Shown one piece after another: positions 16,995 through 26,354 of a stretch of 36,928 bases of DNA; the first letter of the stretch is position 1; every line of letters begins with the position of its first letter. A model generated the notes under the pieces. It had not been told where the DNA came from and did not search any database. It worked only from the letters and a program-made list of their open reading frames with translations. Position numbers and translations under genes: made by a program. The stretch comes from Candidatus Parcubacteria bacterium (GTDB lineage Bacteria; Patescibacteriota; Minisyncoccia; 2-02-FULL-40-12; GWA2-44-9): the NCBI GenBank assembly GCA_019662005.1, contig JAIFWG010000003.1, positions 1 to 36,928 of the forward strand, in the 5' to 3' direction.

Positions 16995-17668
16995 GTATGA
17001 CCTTCGCGGATCAACAGACGCTTTTAAGTGTTCTTTTGGGAGATAGTAATACTAGTACGGATGACGCTTTTTCTTTAACCACAAGGAAATTATTCCTTAA
17101 CCGTGGAGAGCTTCATTTTTGCAAGGATTCGAAATGCGTTCGTGAAAAAGCCGCAGGAACCATTTCTGGGACTCAACTTGTATTCCCATCAGGGATTCTT
17201 CGGCCCGTGGCTCTTATTGTTAATGGCAAAGATATCTGGAATGACAGGCAGACATCCATTACTGAATATGAGCGGTGGAATACATCTGGAAGCGCATATC
17301 CTGCTGTATATATTACGGAGGAATCTGGTTCCAGATATTTTAATTTTTGGGGTTCTTCTAACGGTAAGGCTTATATCCTTCATTATATAAGGAAGCCCAC
17401 AGTGGCTCTTTCTTCTGATAGTGACGAATCCATCCTCCAGGATGAATTCAGGGAAGCTTCTGTTTATTGGGCAGCTGCAGAACTTCTTCAGCAAGTTGGT
17501 AAAAATACAATCGCTGACAAGTACGCTGCAAAATACAACAAATTTGTTCGAGATGGCGAAGCTTATGGTGAAGAAATCTATCTCAATTTAATGTTTGCAA
17601 AGCCAGACACAAACCTTATCGATGCTGGAGATGCGGATGTTGTAGGGCAGGGATTTGATTTTGCTTGA
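16991..17668 (+). CDS. Head-tail adaptor protein
   Basis: T-F..Q N-terminus, FLNRG, Y..KP..L...D...L...F.EA.VYWAA pattern; located before the tail tubular gene. Confidence 0.75.
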   Translation: MSMTFADQQTLLSVLLGDSNTSTDDAFSLTTRKLFLNRGELHFCKDSKCVREKAAGTISGTQLVFPSGILRPVALIVNGKDIWNDRQTSITEYERWNTSGSAYPAVYITEESGSRYFNFWGSSNGKAYILHYIRKPTVALSSDSDESILQDEFREASVYWAAAELLQQVGKNTIADKYAAKYNKFVRDGEAYGEEIYLNLMFAKPDTNLIDAGDADVVGQGFDFA

Positions 17669-17685
17669 AAAAAGGGAATAAGTGA

Positions 17686-19272
17686 ATGGGCATTGAGCAG
17701 ACGAATAAACCTCTTTTAGATAGATACGATGGGCTAGAGATAGTCCTAGAACTTCTGTCATTCTCTGGAGGAGAAAATACAATTTCCGAAGATCAGGCCA
17801 CAAAAGCCAACGAAGCTCGCATCCTTGAGAATTGGGATGCGACAAGTCTTGGCGGAATGGAGAGAACCAGAGGTTTTAATGAAGTCGCTGACGGAAGTTC
17901 CAGTTACACAAATGCTGCTGATTTCATAAAACAACATGAGGATTCTGGGGGAACCCAAGTCTATGCAATCTATGAAGGCGATTTAATTTATAAAAGCGGA
18001 TCAGCTTTTACCAATGATGATAATAATGCTTTTACTTCCGGAATTCTTTCTCATGGATTTTCAGATGAGCTTGGATTTTTATGGATTACGAATTCCACGG
18101 ACAACCTGAAAAAGAAAGCAGTTGGAGTTTCCATTGCAACCCCCAGTAGTGTTCCCCCTGATGCCTGTGATCGTGTTTATAGGCATAAAAACAGAATGGT
18201 CGCAGAAGGTTCCTTGAATTATCCATACCGTGTTTATGGATCGAGGGCTGGCACCGGGAACTGGACAGCAGCAGATGCATGGAGTCTTTCAAATGATGCG
18301 TACAGCATTGATCTTCCAGATCATACGCAGGGATGTATGCCTGATTTTCCTTCTGGTAATGAGATTCTAGTTTTTACAAAAAGAAATGCTTACGCCCTTT
18401 CTAATTTCCCGAACACAGCTTTTAGGCCTATTTCAACTCCCGGACGCGGGTGCTCGGCTCCCTATTCAATCGCTCTTGGCGATGAAGGCGTCTATTTCCT
18501 CTCTCAATATCCGACTCTTGGAATATTCGTCTATGACGGCGTGAATTTTAATGAGATTACGCAATTTAATAGTGATGTCTTTGTGGAATTGATTGATTTT
18601 ACAAAACGAATTTATGGAATCTATCGTGACCGGAAATACTATCTCATTTATAACGAGCTTGGCAGCGGAGCCTCTTACCCTAACTGCATGAGAATTTTTG
18701 ATGCCAAATTCTCTCGCTGGATGAATAGGCCTGTCAACCCTGATCTTTCGGATAATTTTGGATATCCGGCCCTTCTTAAATATTCGGCCAATGAACTCTA
18801 TATAACTTCTAGCCAGAAAGACAAGATTTACGAGTTTGAAACGGAAGATGACTCAGATGAAAACAATGACACGCAAGCCACTTACAAGACCAAAGACTTT
18901 TCAAGTCGAGATTTTGCTTTTGCTGGAGGCGGTCAGTTCGCAGTTGATGATGTCAAGATACAGCTTACAAAAATAACAGTTACTTATTATGGAACCGTTG
19001 GAAATATCACAATCCAATGGACAGCAGACCGGGGCCTTAATAGCGGATCAAAGACTTTAACTCTTACGGCGAGTGGGGATTTATTGAATTCAACCTTTAT
19101 AGTCAATTCATCTTTGTTAGCGTCTCTTCCGCCAGACAAATCAGTTACAACTTCATTTCCTTCAAGCGCTGTTGGAAGACGTTTTAATTTCCAGATCACA
19201 AATGAAGGTTCTGGAATTCGACCTAAAATTAAAAAGATAAAAATTCACGCTTTGGCTGTGGACGAGGCTTAG
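17686..19272 (+). CDS. Tail tubular / stabilisation protein (P22 gp10 / T7 gp12-like beta-propeller)
   Basis: FSGGEN start, HKNRM, VYGS, GCSAPYSI, VYFLS, VYDG, YKTKDF motifs; 528 aa. Confidence 0.8.
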   Translation: MGIEQTNKPLLDRYDGLEIVLELLSFSGGENTISEDQATKANEARILENWDATSLGGMERTRGFNEVADGSSSYTNAADFIKQHEDSGGTQVYAIYEGDLIYKSGSAFTNDDNNAFTSGILSHGFSDELGFLWITNSTDNLKKKAVGVSIATPSSVPPDACDRVYRHKNRMVAEGSLNYPYRVYGSRAGTGNWTAADAWSLSNDAYSIDLPDHTQGCMPDFPSGNEILVFTKRNAYALSNFPNTAFRPISTPGRGCSAPYSIALGDEGVYFLSQYPTLGIFVYDGVNFNEITQFNSDVFVELIDFTKRIYGIYRDRKYYLIYNELGSGASYPNCMRIFDAKFSRWMNRPVNPDLSDNFGYPALLKYSANELYITSSQKDKIYEFETEDDSDENNDTQATYKTKDFSSRDFAFAGGGQFAVDDVKIQLTKITVTYYGTVGNITIQWTADRGLNSGSKTLTLTASGDLLNSTFIVNSSLLASLPPDKSVTTSFPSSAVGRRFNFQITNEGSGIRPKIKKIKIHALAVDEA

Positions 19273-19280
19273 GAGAAAAA

Positions 19281-19991
19281 ATGGCATATGACTCGGATTT
19301 GGTAAGAACAAAAAACTGGGGAACTGAAATTTTAACGGACTCTGACCTAGAGGGGCAGTTCGATCTCATTATCAACTGGGTTATGGCTGCTCTTAACGCA
19401 ACGACCGGGCATGCGCATGACGGTTCAAGCAATCATGGCCCGAAATTGTCATCCTCTGCGGTAACGACGACTTTTGGGAATGGGTTTACAACGGTAAGTG
19501 CAGCGACAGGGGATTATGTGGTAATTGCCTCTGATGTTTCAGATTCAAATAAAACAAAGAAAGCCTTAGTTTCAGACATTGTAACTCTTGCGGCAATTAC
19601 TCCGGCCTCTCAATCTGAAATGGAAGCTGCCACAAATAACACAAAAAGCGTGACCCCCGTTGGCGTGAAATGGAACCCTGGAGTTGCAAAAGCGTGGGGA
19701 GTCTTCAATGGCTCTGGAACTCCAGCTTTTACCACATCCTACAACATGGACGCCACGATTACGGATAACGGAACGGGTGACTACACCGTGACCATGACAA
19801 CGGATTTTTCAAGTGCGGATTACGCATTCGTTGGAGGATGTCTTTCGGCTCAAGCTGGAAACACCACAACGATTGCAATTAAGAACGGGACTTCGCCTGC
19901 TGCTGGAAGCGTTAATTTTACAACAACTAACGAAGCCGGATCTGCGGTTGATTGCACAAGAGCGAGCTTTGCACTTTTTGGAGATCAATAG
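19281..19991 (+). CDS. Tail fibre / needle-like protein
   Basis: TGHAHDG, ASQSEMEAAT..K.VTP, AKAWGVFNG...SYN...ITDNGTGDYTV fibre motifs; AGGAG RBS. Confidence 0.8.
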   Translation: MAYDSDLVRTKNWGTEILTDSDLEGQFDLIINWVMAALNATTGHAHDGSSNHGPKLSSSAVTTTFGNGFTTVSAATGDYVVIASDVSDSNKTKKALVSDIVTLAAITPASQSEMEAATNNTKSVTPVGVKWNPGVAKAWGVFNGSGTPAFTTSYNMDATITDNGTGDYTVTMTTDFSSADYAFVGGCLSAQAGNTTTIAIKNGTSPAAGSVNFTTTNEAGSAVDCTRASFALFGDQ

Positions 19992-19992
19992 T

Positions 19993-20358
19993 ATGCCACA
20001 TTTAGATAGGGTGATTGTTTGGAATAGACCGGACGGTGGAGTGAGTGTAACGCATCTTCATTCAGATGACATGCTTCCTGGTGAGAGCGAGGATGATTTC
20101 ATTGCGAGGTTTACTTTAAAGATTAAGAGTAAAAATCCTGAGCTTGGTAAATCCGTAGAGCTTGTGAAACAGAAGATCGATCTTCCTGATTCTTCTAAGC
20201 AGGATGAGTGGTCTGTAAATGGGGATAAGGTTGAAGTTGATCCGGCAAAGACGCAGACCAAAATTGATAAGGAAGCGGAGAAGGCAGCGATCTTTCAGAA
20301 GCTCGGTGTGAGTAAAGAAGAGTTCCAGGCTGTTGCTTTGGTGAAATCCGGTGGCTGA
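19993..20358 (+). CDS. Fibre-associated (assembly chaperone-like) protein
   Basis: Start trimmed to ATG 19993; IVWNRPDGGVSV...LP...DEW pattern and KLG.S.EE tail. Confidence 0.65.
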   Translation: MPHLDRVIVWNRPDGGVSVTHLHSDDMLPGESEDDFIARFTLKIKSKNPELGKSVELVKQKIDLPDSSKQDEWSVNGDKVEVDPAKTQTKIDKEAEKAAIFQKLGVSKEEFQAVALVKSGG

Positions 20359-21766
20359 TGGTTTTTCAGAACTCTCCAGCGATAAACTACAAACAGTTCA
20401 GGGCATTTCTGAACTTAATCGAATGCTTCAATTTTTGTATGAGAATGTCGCTGGGGACGGAGTTAAACAAAGGGTTTATTCAGGGATAGGAAGTCCGGAA
20501 GGCTCTGTGGTCGCTGAGATTGGTTCATTCTACATGCGGCTTGATGGAGCGCCTGGCACCTGTGCTTATATCAAGGAATCGGGCGTTCAGACCGCAACAG
20601 GTTGGACGTCGATAGTCGTTGCCGGAGGAGGGTCTGGGGGTTCTGGTAATGCTCAATATGTGACACTTGCAACAGACGCGAGTTTAACCGCAGAGAGAGT
20701 TTTGACGGAGGGTGCCAATATTAGTCTTACCGATGCTGGCGCAAATTCAACCATTACTATAAAGGCAACTCCAGCGGGATCTGATACCCAGATTCAGTTT
20801 AATGATGACGGAACATTTGGTGGGGATTCTGATTTAACTTGGGATAAGACAGCTAATATTTTTAAAATTAATGGCGATATTAATTTTTCAGAAACGACGG
20901 ATGCAGATAAGACAATCAAAGTCTTGGATCAGGCTACTGCAAACACTAACGGTAATCGTTTATTCATTACCGGGTCCGACGGAAATGGTTCGGCTGATGG
21001 GGGAGATCTTATTGTATCTGGAGGCGATGGCGGCGTTCTTGGAGGCGATGGCGGCTACATTAGTTTTTCAGCTGGTAACGCTACCGGAGCGGGTCGTGGC
21101 GGAGAATTTATTGTCTATGCAGGGGGAGGCGGCGAAACGGGCGACGGTGGTACTGCCTATTTAGTGGGCGGTGATGGCGGGAGCACCAGCGGAGATGCAG
21201 GTGGGGTCGGATTAACGGCTGGAAATGTATTTGTAGATGCGGACGGGTATGGAGGAGATGTCTTTCTTACCGCTGGCGCAGGTGCCACGAGCGGAAATTA
21301 TAATGGCAGCATTTATATCCAAATGGGGCAAGGTTCTGCATTGCCAGGCGTCAACACCGGAACGGTTTATATCTTTGGTAAGGATGTGATCGATGTAACG
21401 GCAGAGCAAAATTTTGTTAATTTTGGCCCATTTGAAATGGGCGTTGCATCCGGGACCACGATTACGAATCAACGTTCTTATCAATTCCTAGCGACTACTA
21501 TTAACGGTGTTGCCGGTGGCGGTGCGGAAACAGTCACTAACGCAGCAACGGTTTATATCGATGCGGCTCCTTCAGGTTCCGACATAACAATCACAAATGC
21601 TTATTCTCTTTGGGTAGATGCTGGCCTTGCTCGTTTTGACGGAAACGGAACGAACGTTTTTGAGCTTCCAGCAAATGCTACTGATCCTACAGGCGGTGGC
21701 GGTGCGGCGGTTGGAAGAATCCCAATCCGAGTTGGAGGAGCTACGAAATATTTAGCTTATTATTAA
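20351..21766 (+). CDS. Tail fibre / spike with Gly-rich 16-18 aa repeats
   Basis: G.GSPEG.V.A..GS.Y, LTAERVLT.G, PAGSDTQIQFND.G.FGG, followed by GG-x-h-x-h-x-[AG]G repeats. Confidence 0.8.
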   Translation: MADGFSELSSDKLQTVQGISELNRMLQFLYENVAGDGVKQRVYSGIGSPEGSVVAEIGSFYMRLDGAPGTCAYIKESGVQTATGWTSIVVAGGGSGGSGNAQYVTLATDASLTAERVLTEGANISLTDAGANSTITIKATPAGSDTQIQFNDDGTFGGDSDLTWDKTANIFKINGDINFSETTDADKTIKVLDQATANTNGNRLFITGSDGNGSADGGDLIVSGGDGGVLGGDGGYISFSAGNATGAGRGGEFIVYAGGGGETGDGGTAYLVGGDGGSTSGDAGGVGLTAGNVFVDADGYGGDVFLTAGAGATSGNYNGSIYIQMGQGSALPGVNTGTVYIFGKDVIDVTAEQNFVNFGPFEMGVASGTTITNQRSYQFLATTINGVAGGGAETVTNAATVYIDAAPSGSDITITNAYSLWVDAGLARFDGNGTNVFELPANATDPTGGGGAAVGRIPIRVGGATKYLAYY

Positions 21767-21900
21767 TGGATATTACAGACAAAGAAAAAAATATTTTACT
21801 TCAAATGATAAATTCAATTAATTTTCCAGGAAAATTAATTGAAGATATTTATGCACTTAAAAAAAAGATAGAAGCTGAGAATGACCCTCAAAAAGCATGA
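21766..21900 (+). CDS. Small helical protein, fibre chaperone-like (44 aa)
   Basis: MDITDKEKNILLQMINSINFPGKLIEDIYALKKKIEAENDPQKA; TAATG overlap. Confidence 0.7.
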   Translation: MDITDKEKNILLQMINSINFPGKLIEDIYALKKKIEAENDPQKA

Positions 21901-22297
21901 GCTTCTTCAGAAATGTTTAAAATTAATTTTAAATAGCAAGATTTGCCCGCTTACTTCGAAGGGAGATTGGCCCAGAATTCTTTTATTTGCTCATCTTAGG
22001 GGATATCTTTATACCAACAAAGATGCGTCTGTTTTTGTGATGGCTTACAGAATTCCCAGATGGGAAAAAAAGTGGTCAGATGTGATGCCTGAACAAGAAT
22101 CTGGTGAAACGCTCTATGTGGCTTTTGCAGTCAGTGAAGGGAAAAGAAAAATTTCTCTTCTTAAAATATTACGTCAATATCTTAAAAAAAATGAAATTGA
22201 AGAAATCATCTATTACAAAAGGAATTCTGATACTGATTTTAAAAGAATTGATTTAAGGAGAAACCATGTCAAAACAAACAGCGCCCAGTCTTCCTGA
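21881..22297 (+). CDS. Putative acyltransferase (GNAT/HlyC-like) before the ejection genes
   Basis: EQESGETLYVAFAV resembles the HlyC-type W.SG..LW segment; occupies the T7 gp13-like position. Confidence 0.5.
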   Translation: MTLKKHELLQKCLKLILNSKICPLTSKGDWPRILLFAHLRGYLYTNKDASVFVMAYRIPRWEKKWSDVMPEQESGETLYVAFAVSEGKRKISLLKILRQYLKKNEIEEIIYYKRNSDTDFKRIDLRRNHVKTNSAQSS

Positions 22298-23108
22298 AAC
22301 ACCAAGTTTTCAGTCTGATCCAAATGTTGGATGGTCACAGGATGTTTTAAAAGATCAGAGCAATTACTTGATTAATGGACTTACATCCGACCAAGGATTA
22401 TCCGGACAACTCGGAGAAGCAACTTCAACGAATCCGATGATTACGCAGTTGACCTTACAGGCTTTGCAAAGTCAGCTTGCGCCAAGTTATAGAACAGGGC
22501 TTCAGAATATCACAAATACTTTGGAGGCGAATAATCAGTTGACAGGCTCTACAACAGCCTCGGCCTTGGGGAATTACGAAGGTGATTATCTTGCGCAGCT
22601 TACAGCGGCAGGAGCGAATGCTGGAATCGCGGATATTAATCGCGCTCTTCAGAACCGCGTTTCTCTTTATGGGGTGGGGCTTAATGCTGCGCAAGGCGTT
22701 GGCCAGACAGGTCTTAATAATCAAAGTCAGACGAATCAATTCGCGCTACAAAATTACGAAAACCAAGTTTCGGCTGCACTGATAAATCAACCCCAGCAAA
22801 GAGGAGGATTTATGGGGGCTTTAACTGGGGCTTTAGGTGGTGGGATTGGCGGTTTTGCGCTGGGCGGTCCCTACGGAGCTGCTGTTGGTGCGGGACTTGG
22901 AGGATTATCAGGAGGATTTGGGCAGTCGGGATCAGGGGGGCAGTTCCTCGGAGCCGGAGCATCTCTTTTTGGAAACAGGAATAGTGGGATTCCTGGAATT
23001 ACGAGCGGCGGAGGCGAGCAAATTTACAATCCGATTTATCAGCCTCTTAATTCATCGTCTAATCTTCTTGGCAATCTCAGCAATTATTATCCGTATGGAT
23101 TAAATTAG
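22266..23108 (+). CDS. DNA ejection (internal virion) protein, Gly/Gln/Asn-rich
   Basis: GGxGGFALGGPYGAAVGAGLGG glycine zipper; AAGGAG RBS. Confidence 0.75.
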   Translation: MSKQTAPSLPETPSFQSDPNVGWSQDVLKDQSNYLINGLTSDQGLSGQLGEATSTNPMITQLTLQALQSQLAPSYRTGLQNITNTLEANNQLTGSTTASALGNYEGDYLAQLTAAGANAGIADINRALQNRVSLYGVGLNAAQGVGQTGLNNQSQTNQFALQNYENQVSAALINQPQQRGGFMGALTGALGGGIGGFALGGPYGAAVGAGLGGLSGGFGQSGSGGQFLGAGASLFGNRNSGIPGITSGGGEQIYNPIYQPLNSSSNLLGNLSNYYPYGLN

Positions 23109-23125
23109 GAGAATCTATGGGAGTT

Positions 23126-23707
23126 TTAATGGTTCCAATTTCTTCGCATACGATTAAAACAAGGTTTGCAAGGCCCGCAATAGAAAGGGGTTTTTATGGA
23201 TTTTTTATATATAGATATTGGAAAAGATTTTTTACATTGAGAACAAATCTTTTCTCCTGTTTTTTTAATATAATCAGCCACTTCGGAATGATGGCTCAGA
23301 TGATACTTTCTGGTTGTCAATTCAAGATTCTCAACTCTGTTGTCATTTTTAATTCCATTTTTATGATGGATTATTTCTCTCGGAGAAAGCCTTCTCCCGA
23401 TGTGTTTCTCCATGACCAGCCTATGCTCTCTGACGTAACCAATGGCATTTCTATCGGGATGAAATGGAGTATAAATAAGAACGTACCCATGATTAGAGCT
23501 AATTCCTTTTCTTATTCCTCTGTTGACCTTAGACATTTTACTTTTAAAGTAAAATCCAGATTTTCTCATTTTAATTTTTTGTTTAGAGAGATGGTATTGA
23601 ATTGCATTATTCGAAACATTAAGAATTTTGGATATTTCTGTAATAGGTTTTCCGCTCTCATAAAGTCTTATGATCAATTTTTTATCAAGGTTTTTGTGTA
23701 TTGACAT
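23126..23707 (-). mobile_element. Free-standing HNH homing endonuclease with N-terminal HTH, inserted antisense
   Basis: HP.....[17 protein letters not shown]...[20 protein letters not shown]...H, plus C-terminal CxxC motifs; likely start ATG 23707. Confidence 0.9.
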
Positions 23708-23721
23708 GGAGGAATTATAGT

Positions 23722-24615
23722 ATGGGATCAGTCTTAACGGAACTGCTAAATTATAAACAACAAAAGGACGCTCGATCAAATGCCGATTTGAACGCAATTC
23801 CTCAAGCGGCTTTAATGCTTCAGCGGGCGAAGCAACAGCAATATGACAATATGATTAAGGGGGCATTGACTCAGGCGACACTCGCCGGAAGCGGTATTTC
23901 TCTTAATCCTCAGACGAATAGTTTAAATGCTTATACGTCCCCTGCAAATCAGTTAAAGAATCTTCTGACTGTGAGTTCAATCAATAAGAATAACGCAACA
24001 GTAACGAATCTCCAGAATAAGCCTGCTCTAGATGCTGAAAAACAGCAAGTTAAACAGGATGCTCAGGATCAAAAGTCCTGGGAAAAGATTGTGAGGAACT
24101 CTGATCCATCTTTAGCCTCATCTCGCTCGACATTCGGGATGGCTTCAAACGGAAATCTCCGGGCAGACCGAGCTTTATCAACTTTACAAAATAACAAGAT
24201 TCTAACTAATCAAGATGCTCAGAACATCGTTGCTGATATCGCGGGCATTTATGCGGGCGGAGCGCCATCTGACCAGGGTATGAAACATTCTCAGTATGAA
24301 TCAATCCAACAGAGGATTGCGGGACTTCAACAATATATCAACGGAAAGCCTACAGATGCGCTTCCTCCGGACATTAAGAATCATCTAACTCAGGTGATTG
24401 GCGATCTGAAAAACGTAAATAATGAAGCAATTAAATCTCACTTTGATTATCAGGAAAAAGCAAACAGTGGAGTTATATCCAAGTATCAGGATGAATGGAA
24501 TCAGATGAAGGGGGCTTATGTTTCGGGGGATTCTTCGAATATTTCAGATGGAGCTACAGGCACTTACAATGGGAAACCAGTTGTAAGACAGGGGGGCAAA
24601 TGGGTTCTCAAATAA
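23722..24615 (+). CDS. DNA ejection protein
   Basis: Helical Gln/Asn/Ala-rich protein ending [27 protein letters not shown] before ATG 23722. Confidence 0.75.
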   Translation: MGSVLTELLNYKQQKDARSNADLNAIPQAALMLQRAKQQQYDNMIKGALTQATLAGSGISLNPQTNSLNAYTSPANQLKNLLTVSSINKNNATVTNLQNKPALDAEKQQVKQDAQDQKSWEKIVRNSDPSLASSRSTFGMASNGNLRADRALSTLQNNKILTNQDAQNIVADIAGIYAGGAPSDQGMKHSQYESIQQRIAGLQQYINGKPTDALPPDIKNHLTQVIGDLKNVNNEAIKSHFDYQEKANSGVISKYQDEWNQMKGAYVSGDSSNISDGATGTYNGKPVVRQGGKWVLK

Positions 24616-26120
24616 TTCCGGATGATCAGGTTCAGCTTGATTCAATTCCCGATGATGCAGTTATTCCTGATAGCGCTGCGGCCATTGATCAGCCTCAATT
24701 TCAAGGAACTGGAAACCAGTTAGTCGATTCTTTCCTGATGGCTGGAAATGAAGCAAAGCGCGGATTTTTTAAAGGAGGAGCTGCTGCAGTTACTCCTCTT
24801 TCCATGCTTCTAAAACTAGGCCAGGTTCCGGATCAATTTAATCTTCCGGAGCAATCAAGACAACTCTATGACAAGTATGCCGGAGATGTTCCAGAATCAA
24901 ACATAAATCCTGTCGCAAAGTTTATTTATGAAGGAATTGGATCGACTCCCGGACAAGTTGCAGCATGGGAACAAACAGGCGCTCCATTGCTTAAAGCGGG
25001 CGGGGCTGCATTTGGGGCAGGGAAAAATCTCCTTGGGAAACTTATGGAGTCGAAAGCTGCTCCACTTGAAGCTCAAAAGGTTGCGCTCAATTCTCATCTG
25101 GAAACGACAAAAGTCCTTAACGATATTCAATCTACATCCATTGCCGCTGACATGAACGCTAATATGGCGGCTAAGAAGATAAGTACCGGAGAGCAGATTA
25201 AAGATATTTCCGGAAATATCAAAACAGCGGCTGATGAAGCGTCCAGAAATGCAAGAAGTTCAGTAATGAATTATTGGAACGAATTAAAGACTAATTTTGG
25301 GCGTGACTATGCTGCAGCAGGAAAGGGAGCGAAGATTACCCCATCTCAAGAATTAGATGCTTTGACTAGAGGCGCTGCTGATTCTGGAATTTACAGCAAG
25401 ATTGAGAGTGGAAGTCCTTTGAATCCGGCAGAGAAGAAGATCATGTCTTTAATCAATAATGCTCAAGATAGAGCTTCTTCTGAATTAAATGTTGCAAGGC
25501 CATTGTCTCATTTTGACCAGGAGATTAATTCCCTTGCAAGTGAACATGGTGGGGATCATACGGTTACCGCTGTTCGGAAGAGTGTTGCTGACATTCTTGA
25601 TGAATTTAAGGTTGTTAGGTCTAAATATAAACAACCTTATCAGTTAAAAAATGAGATGTTTAAGATATTTCAACCATTTAATAAATCTGGAAGTTTTGAT
25701 ACTACTTCTGGAACAAATCTTTTAAACAGAGCATTTAATGGAAAAGCTAGCCCTGATGAGATGCGCCTTGTTGAGGAATTGACTAAGCGTGATCCTGAAT
25801 TATTCTCACAATTAAAGTCACTTAAAACTACAAAAGATAGCTTGGTCTCAGGCCTTCAGCAGGCTCAAGAATCACACGCGAAAAACTTAACCAGTTTAAT
25901 GCAAGATTCTCAGAAGGCAACAATGGATGCGCTTGTGGAACATAAGAACAGTTCTGATTTACTGGATTCTTTGATTACGAAAGCCAAGGCGAGTGATGCG
26001 AAGAAAGTTTTGATTTCTGACTTACTTCTTCACGGAGCCAGGGGAGCGGCTACTACTGCGGGTGTGGGTGCTGTTTTTGGAGCCGGGAAATCTCTTTACG
26101 ATATTTTAAATAGGCATTAA
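24600..26120 (+). CDS. Large DNA ejection protein
   Basis: Start trimmed to ATG 24600 (MGSQIIPDD); IPDD repeats; Ala/Gly hydrophobic C-terminus. Confidence 0.75.
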   Translation: MGSQIIPDDQVQLDSIPDDAVIPDSAAAIDQPQFQGTGNQLVDSFLMAGNEAKRGFFKGGAAAVTPLSMLLKLGQVPDQFNLPEQSRQLYDKYAGDVPESNINPVAKFIYEGIGSTPGQVAAWEQTGAPLLKAGGAAFGAGKNLLGKLMESKAAPLEAQKVALNSHLETTKVLNDIQSTSIAADMNANMAAKKISTGEQIKDISGNIKTAADEASRNARSSVMNYWNELKTNFGRDYAAAGKGAKITPSQELDALTRGAADSGIYSKIESGSPLNPAEKKIMSLINNAQDRASSELNVARPLSHFDQEINSLASEHGGDHTVTAVRKSVADILDEFKVVRSKYKQPYQLKNEMFKIFQPFNKSGSFDTTSGTNLLNRAFNGKASPDEMRLVEELTKRDPELFSQLKSLKTTKDSLVSGLQQAQESHAKNLTSLMQDSQKATMDALVEHKNSSDLLDSLITKAKASDAKKVLISDLLLHGARGAATTAGVGAVFGAGKSLYDILNRH

Positions 26121-26178
26121 TAGCGCCATCAATAAACACATACATGCCTAAAGTTATGATTATGAGCCATGGGTTCAT
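26053..26178 (-). CDS. Small antisense membrane protein (41 aa)
   Basis: MNPWLIIITLGMYVFIDGAINAYLKYRKEISRLQKQHPHPQ; TATAAT ends 6 nt before the ATG. Confidence 0.55.
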   Translation of the reverse strand: MNPWLIIITLGMYVFIDGAINAYLKYRKEISRLQKQHPHPQ

Positions 26179-26189
26179 AGAAGGATTAT

Positions 26190-26354
26190 ATGCCTAAAGA
26201 AACTGTGTCTGTAAACAATTTCGATGAGATAAAGTTGGCACTTCGCCAGGAACTAGCAATTTTGTCTAAGAAATTCCAGTCTTCACTTTCAGCCGTAAAG
26301 ATCGATGAAGTCGCCAATTCTACGGATATTTTAAAGCTTGAGAAGATTGGCTGA
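26190..26354 (+). CDS. 54-aa ORF, probably the N-terminus of the following structural gene (frameshifted)
   Basis: AAGGA RBS, MPKETVSVNNFDEIK...DILKLEKIG*; overlaps the next ORF in the +1 frame. Confidence 0.6.
   Translation: MPKETVSVNNFDEIKLALRQELAILSKKFQSSLSAVKIDEVANSTDILKLEKIG

Noticed and set aside
23117..23704. 195-aa + strand ORF as a functional protein
   Set aside because: Phe/Ile-rich mirror of the A-rich HNH gene with no motifs; kept only as a possible translational bridge.
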